NCBI GenBank assembly: GCA_044892525.1
Contig: CM097885.1
Span: 15,874,001-15,938,000 of the forward strand
DNA length: 64,000 nt
Direction of reading: 5' to 3'
Origin: Schmidtea polychroa
Lineage: Eukaryota
Shown here: positions 1-12,282 of the stretch, piece by piece
Numbering within the stretch: the first letter of the stretch is position 1
Layout of the letters: every line of letters begins with the position of its first letter
Notes under the pieces: model-generated
Told to the model about the DNA's origin: nothing
The model's input: only the letters and a program-made list of their open reading frames with translations
The model's database searches: none
Made by a program: the position numbers and the translations under genes

Positions 1-493
1 GCTCTTGCTCACCCAAAATGGATTCATCATTATCCCGTTTACAATAGATTTTGTGTACCATTTTCAGATGGTTTAGCATACCACCCGTGTTTCCATTACT
101 ATTTGAAATAAAAACTATTTACTTTAAAAACTGAACTTTGGCAAATTTTTTATTGGTAGAAGGAATTTTTAAAAATATTCTCAAACAGGAGCTGATGGTG
201 CCATGGGCTAAATAGTAGTACAATATAAATTTAATACAAGTTTTACGGTAAAAAATAAATTAATCATAATTACCTGTGATTATTTTCAATTCTTTGATTT
301 GAGAGCTTTTAACAATTTCGCAATAACTAATTATATCGATTTTTCATTCTATTTAAAATTTTATTCTATACATAATTTAAAATAATTTTCACTATCCGGT
401 AATCGCGAGTGTATTTGAGCGGATACCGAATACGGATTTTTGTCTGCAAATTCGCGGATATCGGATACGGATTATCCAAACTGTCAAACTCTA
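1..493 (-). mobile_element. 5' end of a degenerate hAT DNA transposon with BED zinc-finger relic
   Basis: The minus strand begins TAGAG at 493 with ATCCG/CGGATA subterminal repeats. From ATG at 204 it reads MAPSAPV*EYF*...SNGNTGGMLNHLKMVH, a BED-finger pattern with stops. Confidence 0.6.
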
Positions 494-1821
494 AATATAG
501 GCTATATATTACACGTATAGAATACAATATCACCGAAATAACACACATAGAATATAATACACCGAAACCTCCAGCTATAATATAATAACTGGTATAATAA
601 TAGCTATGATAGGGATGATCATTGCCGTGGTCGTTGCCAACGGTAGACAACCCAAATCCACTAGGTATTCATCATCATCTACTTGCCTACCATGGACCAT
701 TATCAGGTATATACCTGTAGTTTTATCGGTAGCAATCACATCTCTCCTCAATATTCTGACTTTGATATAACAGTTAAAAGTCATTGTTAATGGTTCTTTT
801 CCAACCATTCGCACGTCCAGATTAATGTTGCCTTGATTGTTAGGCTGACTTCGGATTGTTTTCCCATTTCTCCTCATCAACGCTTCGATTTGCGTCTGAA
901 ATGGGCTTGTTTCTTTTACCACTGGTAGTATAATTGAAATTATTGCTACCAACAAATCTACTGGTATTCGTAATACTAACATCCAGTCTAGTATTTCTTT
1001 TATGGTTTCTCCGTCTCATGGAGAATTTTGTAATTCTAACCCTTGTCGTTGGGATAATTGTTGAGTTTCCTCCAATCTCTCAATTTCCATCTAAGTAATT
1101 AAGAATATACTGTCTTGATACATTACCGCCACTGGCTTCGGTGCTGTCTTTGTTGTGAACTTCGTCACTCTACCGAGGAGTATCCCGTTCTGTAGAAGTG
1201 TTTGGTTTGCTTCTAGTTTTATTCCACATAAGTACAAGTCATATCATTGATGCTTAATACTTGTCAATGTCTCTGTTAATTTATCTGCTCGACATCTTGC
1301 ATTTATATCGAGAATATACTCTTTATCCTGAGGGAGTTTTATATTGAGCTAAGCATCTTGGAGATCTCACTCATTCTCCATGATTTCTTCTAATATCCTT
1401 AGGATTTTATATGTGTCGTTATGATGCATTGGGTCATCTTCAATCTGCGATATCAGCTTCACTAATGTATCAATGAAAAATATTTATTTTGATATATTTT
1501 TAATTTGTATTTGTCGTTAAAAATGTTAAAATTTTACATTTCTGTATCAAATTGTAATTTAAATAATTTTGTAATATTTAAAATAAATAAGAAAAAAATT
1601 AGCATTAATAATATTTTGAATTGCTCTAAAAGCTAAAGAACAATATTTATAAAATGTTTTATCTACTTCAAAATACAAATTATAAATATTGAAATTGTAA
1701 ACGTCAGAGGAAATAATTAATATAATAAGTATGATTATTGAAATGTTGTAAAATGTTGAAATATTTTGATAATTTTGTTAATTTTAGAGTTAATTTTATA
1801 GTTTGTTAATTTTATAGTTAA

Positions 1822-3418
1822 ATGTTGGCAAGCGTATGGGAAATGATGAAGAGGAAAGAATTTGAATTTGATAATGAAATCAGCAGTGAATTGATATGCA
1901 GAATTTGCAAATGTTTAATGATAAAAGCTTGCCATGCTCCTTGCGTTTGTGGCTTTTGTTCTGATTGCATTGAAAATTATTTGGATGGAAAAGATAAATT
2001 CTGTCCAGGAGCAGCAAAACATTGTAGAAAGAAAATGATCAATTTCAATAAAGATGTTTCTGAAGATCATGCAGCTAATTTAAGGATTTCAGAAGTGGTA
2101 GTGAGATTCCCAATGCAAAATTGTCAATTTAAAGATGAATTAGAGGTGATGGAGAGCCACATGAGAACATGCAACAAGCAACCAATAAAATGTTTATTCA
2201 ATAGAATCGGATGCGAAATGAATGAGGTGGTAAAGGATGAAATGAAAGTCCATCTCATTGAGAACACTGAAGGCCATAGCAAATTATTGATTGATCAGAT
2301 CAGTAATTTGTGCAATGAGATGCAAGCAATGAGAGACGAGAATGTGACATTGTGTAATGAAATTATCAATATCAATGTAAAATTGTATTTGCAATTAATT
2401 TTATTGATATTTAGGATTGGAGGTGAAATTGTGCAATATTGAAAAGAAAGAGGCTGAAAACAGAGAAGATATAGAAGAATTGAATGAGGAAATGGTGGCA
2501 TTGAAGAATGAGAACCGCTCATTGAGAATGGATATGGAGACAAATATTGGATCAATCAATCAGGTTTGATTATTGATTTGATTTGATATTGATATGTTAT
2601 TGATGGAAAGCAGGTCAGACAGCAAATTGAAGTAAATTGAATCAAAATGTCAGCAGCAAATTGATGAGATGAAAGAGAAATGCGAGCAGCGGCTGCAACA
2701 GGTGAATGAAAAGGTGCTTTATTGGTTTTTTGAAATGTTTGAATTTGAGATTCAGTTGCAGTTTGAAATGGCGAAATGTACCTATGAAATTTGGCAGATT
2801 GAAACAAAATGTCAACAGCAAATTGATGAGATGAAAGAGAAATGCGAGCAGCGGCTGCAACAGGTGAATGAAAAGGTGCTTTATTGGTTTTTTGAAATGT
2901 TTGAATTTGAGATTCAGTTGCAGTTTGAAATGGCGAAATGCGCCAATGAAATTCGGCAGATTGAAACAAAATTAGCAAATGAAAAATATGTAAATTACGG
3001 ATTTTTTGAATGGGAAATCGATAAATTTTCACAACAAAAGAGAAGTAAAAATATTTACAACAAAGCGTTTTTTTCCGGACCAATCGGTTACAAAATTTGC
3101 TTGTGGGTGCTGATTGATGGTAATTGGGGTATTGGGGCTGGTTTCTGTTTGATGCGTGGGGCAAATGATGAGCAATTGGATTGGCCGTTCAATCAATCCG
3201 TGACAATCGATGTGATCGATCCAGCAAATGGCAACATTTATATGAGGAAGTCAATGAAATATTCAGATAGCCCTCTTGATGCAGCTGGATGGAGGAAACC
3301 GTCACACGACAGAAATAATTCAATTGGTATTTATTATTATCCTGATGCCAGCTCAATCTATAAATTAGCAGCCAAAAGTAAAAAATTGCTGCTCAGGAGC
3401 AGAATTGAAAAATTATGA
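1822..3418 (+). pseudogene. TRAF-like gene copy 1 (RING, Zn finger, coiled coil, MATH); probably disabled
   Basis: RING (CRICKCLM..APCVCGFCSDC), TRAF Zn fingers and MATH domain (FFSGPIGYKICL, MRGANDEQLDWPF). Relative to copy 2 there is an apparent extra A near 2635, a C->F change (VRFPMQNC) and an altered acceptor near 2420. Confidence 0.75.
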
Positions 3419-3489
3419 CAAATTTAAAAAAACATTTATATAAAAAATTGATTTATTTTGGGTTTTGATTTGTTTTATTATTTGCCTTT

Positions 3490-3930
3490 TTATTATAGCA
3501 AATTGCCGATTGCAATATCAATAATATTGCAAAATCAAAAATATTTAATATAAATAATTATTTTAATTAAATTAATAATTAATTTGAAATTAAATTTAAA
3601 TTCACCCGATTATAAGCGCTGACAAATCGCCTCAACAAATCAAACGCTCCTATGACGAGTGAAACCGACGAGAAAACCGCCGCTGATGTTGAATGAGTTT
3701 TGGAGAAATTATTGTTGCATTGAATGGCAATAAAATGCACTTAAATGCAATACTAAAACTGTTATATCAAATTGATAAATGCCTTAACATTTCACTAGCT
3801 ATTTCTGAGGCATTTAAACGGAAATCCGCAACAGCAATGCTGACAAAATGTTCGAAAATTGCTTTCACATCTGTTTGGGTAGTAATTGTATTTGTACTGA
3901 GATCCTTTTTAAGTGCTAGTGACCTGATTT
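3490..3930 (-). pseudogene. Unidentified coding-like fragment downstream of TRAF, duplicated at ~35050-35400
   Basis: The minus strand gives protein-like stretches (TQTDVKAIFEHFVSIAVADFRL; SLVIGAFDLLRRFVSAYNR followed by a GT donor). Part of the block recurs after TRAF copy 2. Confidence 0.3.
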
Positions 3931-6900
3931 AATATTAAATAATGTAACATTTCATAAATTTATTCACTTTTTCATTCGCTAAATTTTCAAATTAAAACAA
4001 AAAAAGATTTCATGTAAATTAATATTTAAATTCACAAATTTGATAAATTTTATGAATGAATTTTACTTATTAACAAACAACGAAATTTATCTTGAAATCT
4101 TGAAAATATTTTGGAATTATTTGAAAATATTATTCACTTATTTGAAATTATTTTGGAACCTGAATTAATTAGGTACATCAGAAGTTGAAGGTTGTTAAAG
4201 TCAAACTTACAAGTTTTGGGATCAGTGGCTTAACCAATGAGGTGGGTTAAGGGGGTTAAACCTCCCATTGGTTTTTAATTGTACAAATATTTGTCGATGT
4301 CAAGTGCCTAAAAGATCATCCATCTACATAAGAAAAAAACAAGACACTTACTATATTTTATTGTAAATATAATACTGTGACATATGTCTGTACTTTGTAG
4401 TCTATACTCTCAGTTAAATTTTATTTTGGCTATTTTTTTCTGATGTTCAATACGTATCTCCGTACTTTATGGAGTAAGCGAATGACGTCATTATTACAGA
4501 CACCCCTATCATGAAGGTCTTAGTGCCTTCGACACCCTCAAAAGTCAACGCTTGAAATGATTGACCATATTATTAATAAATATTTCTCAACTCCAATCCC
4601 CTCACATTCATAAATTCCTGGTTACGTTGGAATATTAAGAGTTTTGGTTGGCAAATAACTCAGAATTTGGCAAGTATGTTTTTTTAATGTCTTAGTAACT
4701 GATAGATTTATCATTAGCTCTTACTTAAACGCCTCAATGGATATTTTACATTTTACCATAAATATACCCATGCCAACCATCTTATTTCGAATGTACACAG
4801 TAGTTGAAAATCATTTAGCAGGTGAGCTCAATTTAGAAAGATGGGTTACGAGTTGGGAGAACAATTTATGCTTATCCTTGCAAATGTAGGCCTTTTCCTG
4901 CCGTTGCTTACACTTTACCGTATTTCATTCGTAACTCCGCATAACTATTGATTTTACCGCTAAATGCCCATCGCAAGCGACACTGGTGTTTTAATTTAGT
5001 TGGTCACCATCAACTAAAGGTGGAACTTTCACAAAAACTGAAAAAGCACACACTTTAATGAAACAACCACAACTCCTTTGCTCTACGCATTGCAATATCA
5101 GTCTGAACCCTTTGAAGGAATTAATCTCCCTACGGAAGATGTCCGTGTCTGGTACTCTCGATTCGAAAATATATTGTTATCACTAAGTTTAATTCTCCTT
5201 TGCTTGTTCTCTCTAGATTATCTCTTTTCGTTTCTTCGACCTACTGGCGTTTCTGTTTACTTGCAGGTCGCCTTTAAACCCTTCGGGTAATTTGATTGTC
5301 CTTGGCAAATTATTTTGGATCCATTTTTAACGGTGATTGGAAGTCGAATTTTATGAATCAGAGTGAAGGGAAATTTGCAATAGTTGGGGAAAATCGAACA
5401 TAATATTCCAAATACAAATTTATCCTGCATAGTGAAGTGAAATGAGGTATGACATAGAATGGAACCAGATGAGTCAGTAGACAATAGGTTTCAAATAAAA
5501 TCCAGTACTTCGTTATGTCGGCTAATGCAATTAATATCAGTGAAATCGTACTAATTCCAAACGAAGATCGAATATTGCTCCTGCGGGGCTGGAAACCGAG
5601 GTAATCAAAAAACTTTTGTAAATTTAAATTTTCTATAAATTAATTAAGATAACACTGTATTAACATAAATTGAGGTAATCAACCAAATGTAAGGAAAATA
5701 AAGAATAAAATAGAGGAAAAATAATAGAATAAATCAAAAATTAAAACAAGTCACTAAAATAAAATAAATAATAAACAAGTCGCAAACAGACAAAAGTACA
5801 TAACCATATCCGACAAGCAAAGAAAAAATAATTAGAAAGAATAAAAATAAATACCAGAAAAACAAAATATTACTAAACGAATAAATTATAATCAAAAAAC
5901 AAAGAATAAAATACTAAATCAGGATCCAATAAAAAGCAGGAGAAAATGTGGAAATTAAATTATTTAATAAATTATCAAAAGAAAAAGATAAATAACCTAG
6001 AAAAAGAACTTAAAAATAAGAAAAAACACAACTTCACACAACAGCTGGATCCTGATTAGACAAAAATTACTATATAACGAAAACACTTTATTGATTCCCT
6101 CAGTTCTAACAAACTTCATACAGGAACCAATTCAGCATCACTCTCATTGATCTATTACTTGATTCTTATATTATATCGCAGCAAATTTTCAGAATTTTTA
6201 TCAATCAGACAGGAAAAGAGAAATGTAAATTTTCGTTTATTATTTATGTACAAGTAGCATTATAATTTATTTGGATAAATATTATGATAGTTTTTAAATG
6301 TCTCACTTTTATCTTCACAATACGAATTTTTATGTTGAGATCCAGCGATGACACCGTTCTACGATTATGAGGGTGACTGGAATGACTGAGGAAAATTAAG
6401 AGCATACATTGATTCCACCAGTGAGGAGAAGAGGAGAATGCATAAGTAGGAGAGAGAAATTCGGAAGGATTATATTGAGTCACAGGATTCACGTCAAATA
6501 GAAATCAAGGACAGATAATATCGAGGCTGGTAGGAGATTGCAGATTGCAGATCGGCAAGCTAAGGAATTACTCCACAAATGCGATGAGATAGGAATTGAT
6601 TGTACGAATTACGACAACTTGGGAATGGAATCATTAGAGGAAACGGAGTATGAGATGTATGGGTAGGTTGAGTAGCAATGGTCGACAAATGAGGAATGAA
6701 TTGTTATTGAGGTAGGAAGGAGTGTGAGGTATAATTTCCATTCTGAGGTGTAATCGCTGAATTCTAGAGTCGATTCGATTTATTTTAATTATTCCTGAAT
6801 TTGAGAGTTGATTGAATTTATTATGATTATTCATCTATAAAGATATAGTATGACCCGTTTCTGAGGGTCGTTTGGCAATTGCTGACACTTGTGTCGGTAG

Positions 6901-8122
6901 TTACCAGATGATTTTCACAGATGGCGAAAATGACCAAATCGTGTAAATAGAGTTGATTTTTCGTTGAGTGGTAACTCTCCACGGTAGTAATGGGCTCAAT
7001 TCGCGGATTCGAATAAGAATAAATACTTCTACCTTTCAACCGGCTACTACGAAAATTAGTCCCGTAATTGAAATCACAATACCGTTATCACATTCGATTT
7101 TCTGTTATAGGCACTTATATGAACCTAACATCAGTTGAGAAAGCTTTGACATTTCCATCAGTGAATGCCACTTTTAAGCGTTTGATTTCTTTCACTTCGA
7201 TAGGTCAGTAGCAGTCCGTTAGACAGTCCGTTAGCATCAACAATTGCGAGAATTTCACGGTGATAGAATAGGCATTGGAATCCTTATCTGTAGGACAACA
7301 TCCGGTGTACACAACACTCCACAAAATTTCACCTTGGCAGACTTGTAGGATCTAAGTTTCTTGCTATCATAAACATTCATAAACAGGAAGTCGACAATTC
7401 GTCTCGATAAATCTGACACACATAAACAATCAAAGTGAAGTTACGAGACATGACAGACAAATAGTCGAACCCAAGAATTCCTACTGAAACGGCTGCTTTG
7501 AATTAATCATAAACCCATCAGGTTAGTTTACTTTAATTGTCTAAGGCAAGGGTGGCCAACAATTGCATTACATACCCATTATTCCCCCTTACACTACCCC
7601 TATGACAATAAGTCGATATCGACACACTCTTAAGAAAAAAATTAGATCTTTTATACAGAAAAGCTGGACACCGCTGGTTTAAGTGATTTACTACGACCGC
7701 AGTACATGTCAAGTATATAAATATAACATAAACATGCAATTTTACAAGATCGACAAATAAATTGACTAAATTAATTAAAGTAAATGCGTGAGAAAAATGT
7801 TTTTCGTTATTAAAACATATCGAGATGAGAAAGAATCATAAAGGTGTGGCGACGTTTTATCCAAGGGAAGAAACTGCCCAAAATTTCCTTACACCGTTTT
7901 TGTTTTCGAAGTAATTAAAATTTCTGTCCACGGACCCCTTGTACAAATTCCACCTTGGCAGACTTGTAGGACATTGTAGTCGGCTTCCCATCGTAAAATT
8001 TGGTCCCCAAAAGCAACTTCCGAGATTTTTTAAATTAAATTTTAATGGATTTTTAAATTTTTTTAAAATAAATGAATTGAAATAAATTTCTTTAATTTGA
8101 ATCTGTTTACTATTTCATAAAT

Positions 8123-8149
8123 GGTGCAGCACCGGGTACCCCAGCTAGT
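8123..8149 (+). mobile_element. Possible Helitron 3' terminus
   Basis: GGTGCAGCACC/GGGTACCC short hairpins followed by CTAG-T. No 5' end identified. Confidence 0.35.
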
Positions 8150-8908
8150 AATTAATATAATATGTTTGATGGGCCTGCATTGAATGTATAAAGTTGCCAG
8201 CAATGCTTATATTTTGAACGACGATAATTTAAACAAAAAGAAAATCCCATAAATTTAAAGATATATTTATGACATGTTAAAAGCTTTAGTTAATTTAAAT
8301 ATAAAATTATTTCAATCAATTGTTACAGTCGGAATTCGGTTCAACAATATCAAAAAGAATAAAGTGCAGACGGTACAAACGCGTGTCACTATCTTATCAT
8401 TTTACGCCTTTATTGACACTCCTGGCTAAGGAATTTATATTTGGGAAAAAGATGAAAGTATGAAACTATTTCTATTTTGGGACAGAATTTAGGAACCAAG
8501 TTGGTTTTAATATAATAATTATCCAGCAAAGGTGAAATAAAAGAACCTAGACAATTATAGGCAATGCGTGACGTTAAACAAACAACAAATTAAAAATATT
8601 TACCATTTCAAAGACATTGGTTATTTCGAAATACAATTCATCATTTCTACTATCCTTTTCTTCGGTAATGGAGATCTCTTCAAACTGACCATCAAGGTCC
8701 AGCAATTCCTGAGGAGGTGCAGCATAATTCGGTACATCATCTGTCATAATAGAAAACGATTCAATTAATAAAAATATATTTACCTATTTATATAGCATAG
8801 TTGTAGTGGACTATTTCTGGCATTGTGACAAATTCAATGTTGAAATTCAATTCTTTGAGTTCCAATTTTAATAGATCCTGGGGGATAAATAAAAAAAACA
8901 AAATATCA

Positions 8909-9100
<192 letters not shown>

Positions 9101-9153
9101 GTTTCGACCAGTCAGAGGGGAATATTGTTGGTGTGCGCACACAGACGCGAGCA

Positions 9154-9471
9154 ATGGATTGTTGTTTGGAAGTAGGTTTTGATGTAATTTTTTATTGAAT
9201 TGATTTTTGATGTATTTTAATTAGAAATTCGAGATTTGAATGGATTGTTTTGTGGTTTAAAAAAGGTAAAATTCTGGAAGGGAGGAAACCAGTTTTGTTT
9301 ATTGAAATAAGTTTTGGAATCGAAATGTTTGAAGAAGAAGATGTTTATTACAAATTTATTAAAGCTTATGATGTTCCAAACCAAGATCTTATTTCTTATT
9401 TCGATGAAACCCGTGAATTCATTGAAAATGGCAGAAAATTTGGTGGAGTATTGGTTCACTGTCTTGCTGGA
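9154..9471 (+). pseudogene. DUSP12/YVH1-like phosphatase copy 1, 5' part, interrupted by the Polinton
   Basis: Near-identical to 25443-25760; ends at VLVHCLAG exactly where the element starts. Confidence 0.9.
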
Positions 9472-10455
9472 AGTAGTGTGGTTATATACCCAACCAAAAC
9501 AGCCCTCCCAACAAAACATGCCTCCAAATCACTTAAGCTATTAGAAAAACAACCTAAAACTTATACTTTTATAGTATTTTAACCCTATATTTTGAAAACA
9601 ACCACCTTTAATGACTCTAACTGTTTTAATCTTTAAAGCCTCAAACTCAAAAGCTTCAAACTAAAACCATAAAGAGAATAGAAAAGAAAATGGTATTATG
9701 AAAAAGTTAGAAGGCTACTTGAGGATGCCAACTAGCAAGTTGCTAATTGGCTAATTAAAAAAAATAAATGAAATCTTAATCTTGATGTCTTGAAGAATAA
9801 AAAATTTTATGAAAATAGTAAAACTGCTCTGAGAGGACAGTGGTATTTTTTTTTTTCACTGTCCTCTCAACAGTTTTTTTGATCCGGATCATTTTTTTTT
9901 TATTCAACCTCTTTCGTTTATCAAATCTCTTCCAATATACAAGCTGGCCAGGCTCATAATCAGAATCAATTCGATAATAGCAGCACACCTTATTATTCGC
10001 TTCTCGCTCGAATACGATTTCATCGGCGTTTTAAGTGTGCTGCTCGAAAGTACAAATGAATTCGAAAGCGAATCCGAAAGAGGTCCGAAAACAACCGAGA
10101 AATAAATGTGCACATTATGGGATCGATCCGGGTGTGTTCGAAAGACTGGTGGCGATAATTACCGGTTCGCCACCACACCCGTTTCAATATTTTTTTTTTC
10201 ATATTTATGTTTAAAAAATAATTAATTAATAAAAAAATAAAATAAAATAAAATATACAAGTACTTTATAAATATAAGATACCCACACTATTTTCAATATT
10301 ATTTTCAAATTTTTAATATTATTTTATGTTGAAAAAAAACTAACCTCAGATGTGATTTGAACCACTATCCATTTGAACCACTGTGCCAGTCTATTCCCAC
10401 TGCGCCATCAAGGTTTGAATTTTTGTCATTTTTTAAATTTTTAATTTATAAAAAA
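9472..10455 (+). repeat. Left terminal inverted repeat
   Basis: Reverse complement of ~23409-24405 with few mismatches; inner boundary approximate. Confidence 0.95.
10332..10415 (-). ncRNA. Candidate Pol III small RNA, variant copy
   Basis: Minus strand: AACCTTGA TGGCGCAGTGG (A box) ... GGTTCAAATC (B box) ... GAGGTTAG T8. The ends are complementary. Confidence 0.5.
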
Positions 10456-10564
10456 ATAAAATAAAATAAAATAAATAAAATAAAATATACAAGTACTTTA
10501 TAAATATAAGATACCCACACTATTTTCAATATTATTTTCAAATTTTTAATATTATTTTATGTTG

Positions 10565-10647
10565 AAAAAAAACTAACCTCAGATGTGATTTGAACCGCTA
10601 GCATTTTGAACCACTGTGTCAGTCTAGCCCACTGCGCCATCAAGGTT
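10565..10647 (-). ncRNA. Candidate Pol III small RNA, second left copy (in a 233-bp tandem duplication)
   Basis: Same A box, B box and T-run; almost identical to the right-TIR copy. Confidence 0.5.
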
Positions 10648-10887
10648 TGGATTTTTGTCATTTTTTAAAATAATCGATTCAAGTTCTTTTATTCTTTCCT
10701 GTAATTGTTTTATTTTATCTAATCTTTTCTCAGCTACTTCTACTGCATTCATGTAAAAATGTCGATACTTTTCATTCTCTACCACCAACTCTTTAATGTA
10801 TTCTAATGGTTCTTCTTCTCTTCTTTTCATTCTCTTAAGTTTAACTTCATTCAATTCATTTCTCATTCTTTCAATAAAGTCAATCAT
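10624..10887 (-). CDS. Small coiled-coil protein of the Polinton
   Basis: 87-aa charged helical ORF with ATG in AAAAATG context, divergent from the capsid gene. Its stop lies inside the candidate ncRNA. Confidence 0.55.
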   Translation of the reverse strand: MIDFIERMRNELNEVKLKRMKRREEEPLEYIKELVVENEKYRHFYMNAVEVAEKRLDKIKQLQERIKELESIILKNDKNPNLDGAVG

Positions 10888-10972
10888 TTTTATAAATTAT
10901 TTTTTTATTGAATTCCCTTTTATTTTTATTTTTTTTTTCAACTTTTATTTTTATCAACTTTTATATATAAAA

Positions 10973-12265
10973 ATGAATAATATAAATCTTAAAATTCAAG
11001 AAAAAAATAAATTAAATCTTGATTATAATAAAGAATTTACTCATGAAATCAAGAAAAATGATGTACTTAAAATCTCTCCAACTTCAGGATCTATTGCAAA
11101 CTTAAATCGTAGGGGTGATATAGTTTTTCAATCTCTTCAAACATCAAACCCAATAGATATTTGTAATGCCAAATTATATTACAAAGTAGAATTAGAAATT
11201 GAAGCAAACAAAGATATAACCCTAGAAAATAATTTCTTTCCAAATTTATTCTCCAACATGAGATTAAAACTAGGATCATCAGAAATTGAAACTGTTTTAC
11301 ATCCAGGAGTATATTCTACAATGTTAAATTTTATTTTGACTGGTTGTGATTATAAAAATGAATATGGTGAATTAACAGGTTGGATTCCTGACACTAATAA
11401 AGGGGATTTAGATAAAGATGGTTTAGATGTAAACCATGGTTACCATAAAAGAGCTGAACTTTATAAATCTAAAAAATTTGAAGGTTATTTTGAATTAAAA
11501 CACTTGTTTGGATTCCTTCAAAACTATAATCGTATACTTCATAATGTTTTTATAGAATTCATCTGTAATAGAGTAGAAGGTGATAAAAGATTGTTCTATG
11601 GAGCTGTAGATACAAAAGCTAAATTAAAATTATCAACACTTGAATTACATATACCTGAATGGACATTAAACCCACATTCTGAAATCAAACTCCTTGAAAG
11701 ATTAAATTCCAACAAGTCTATAAATGTAAATTATTTAAATAGAATCTGTAGTGAATTTAGTATGACAGAGGGTTCAACATATTCTATAAAGGTAGCAAAT
11801 TTTGCATACCGACCAAGATATATCTTGATTGGATTCAAAGAAACAGATTCATCTTTCCAAAAAAATAACAATCTATTTATTCAAAAGATTGGAGATGATA
11901 ATTTAAAAACAATCCAAATTCAATTAAATAGTTCTTATTATCCAATAAATAGAATGGAATTTAATATTGAAAATAATGAAAACATATTCCCATATCTAAA
12001 TTATATTGAAACATGTTATGATTTCAAAGTTGAACCGCAATTAAGTTTAGAAGATTTCAAAAATTTATATTCTATATTTTGTATAAATGTATCAGACCAA
12101 GATGATCGATTAGCCATAAATAATGTTGATGTTACACTTCATGTAACAAAGGATTCTAATTTTAAAGCTAAAGTATATACATTAATATTAGAAGAAAAGA
12201 AAATAGAAATGAAATTATATGGTGGAAAGATTTCAATTATTGAAAATGTTAGGGGAGATTCTTAA
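10973..12265 (+). CDS. Major capsid protein (double jelly-roll, Polinton PY / hexon-like), ~430 aa
   Basis: Motifs TLENNFFPNLFSNMRLKLG, RPRYILIGF, QLNSSYYP and KNLYSIFCINVS are typical of Polinton MCPs. Start taken at the AAAAATG at 10973. Confidence 0.8.
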   Translation: MNNINLKIQEKNKLNLDYNKEFTHEIKKNDVLKISPTSGSIANLNRRGDIVFQSLQTSNPIDICNAKLYYKVELEIEANKDITLENNFFPNLFSNMRLKLGSSEIETVLHPGVYSTMLNFILTGCDYKNEYGELTGWIPDTNKGDLDKDGLDVNHGYHKRAELYKSKKFEGYFELKHLFGFLQNYNRILHNVFIEFICNRVEGDKRLFYGAVDTKAKLKLSTLELHIPEWTLNPHSEIKLLERLNSNKSINVNYLNRICSEFSMTEGSTYSIKVANFAYRPRYILIGFKETDSSFQKNNNLFIQKIGDDNLKTIQIQLNSSYYPINRMEFNIENNENIFPYLNYIETCYDFKVEPQLSLEDFKNLYSIFCINVSDQDDRLAINNVDVTLHVTKDSNFKAKVYTLILEEKKIEMKLYGGKISIIENVRGDS

Positions 12266-12282
12266 TATTTTAACATTTTAAA

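Noticed and set aside
5250..7260. Non-LTR retrotransposon relic
   Set aside because: Composition suggests decayed coding DNA on the minus strand, but no diagnostic RT or endonuclease motif could be read with confidence.
10796..10972. Hydrophobic 59-aa N-terminal extension of the capsid ORF
   Set aside because: T-rich intergenic sequence and antisense of the small ORF; the AAAAATG at 10973 fits the element's start context.
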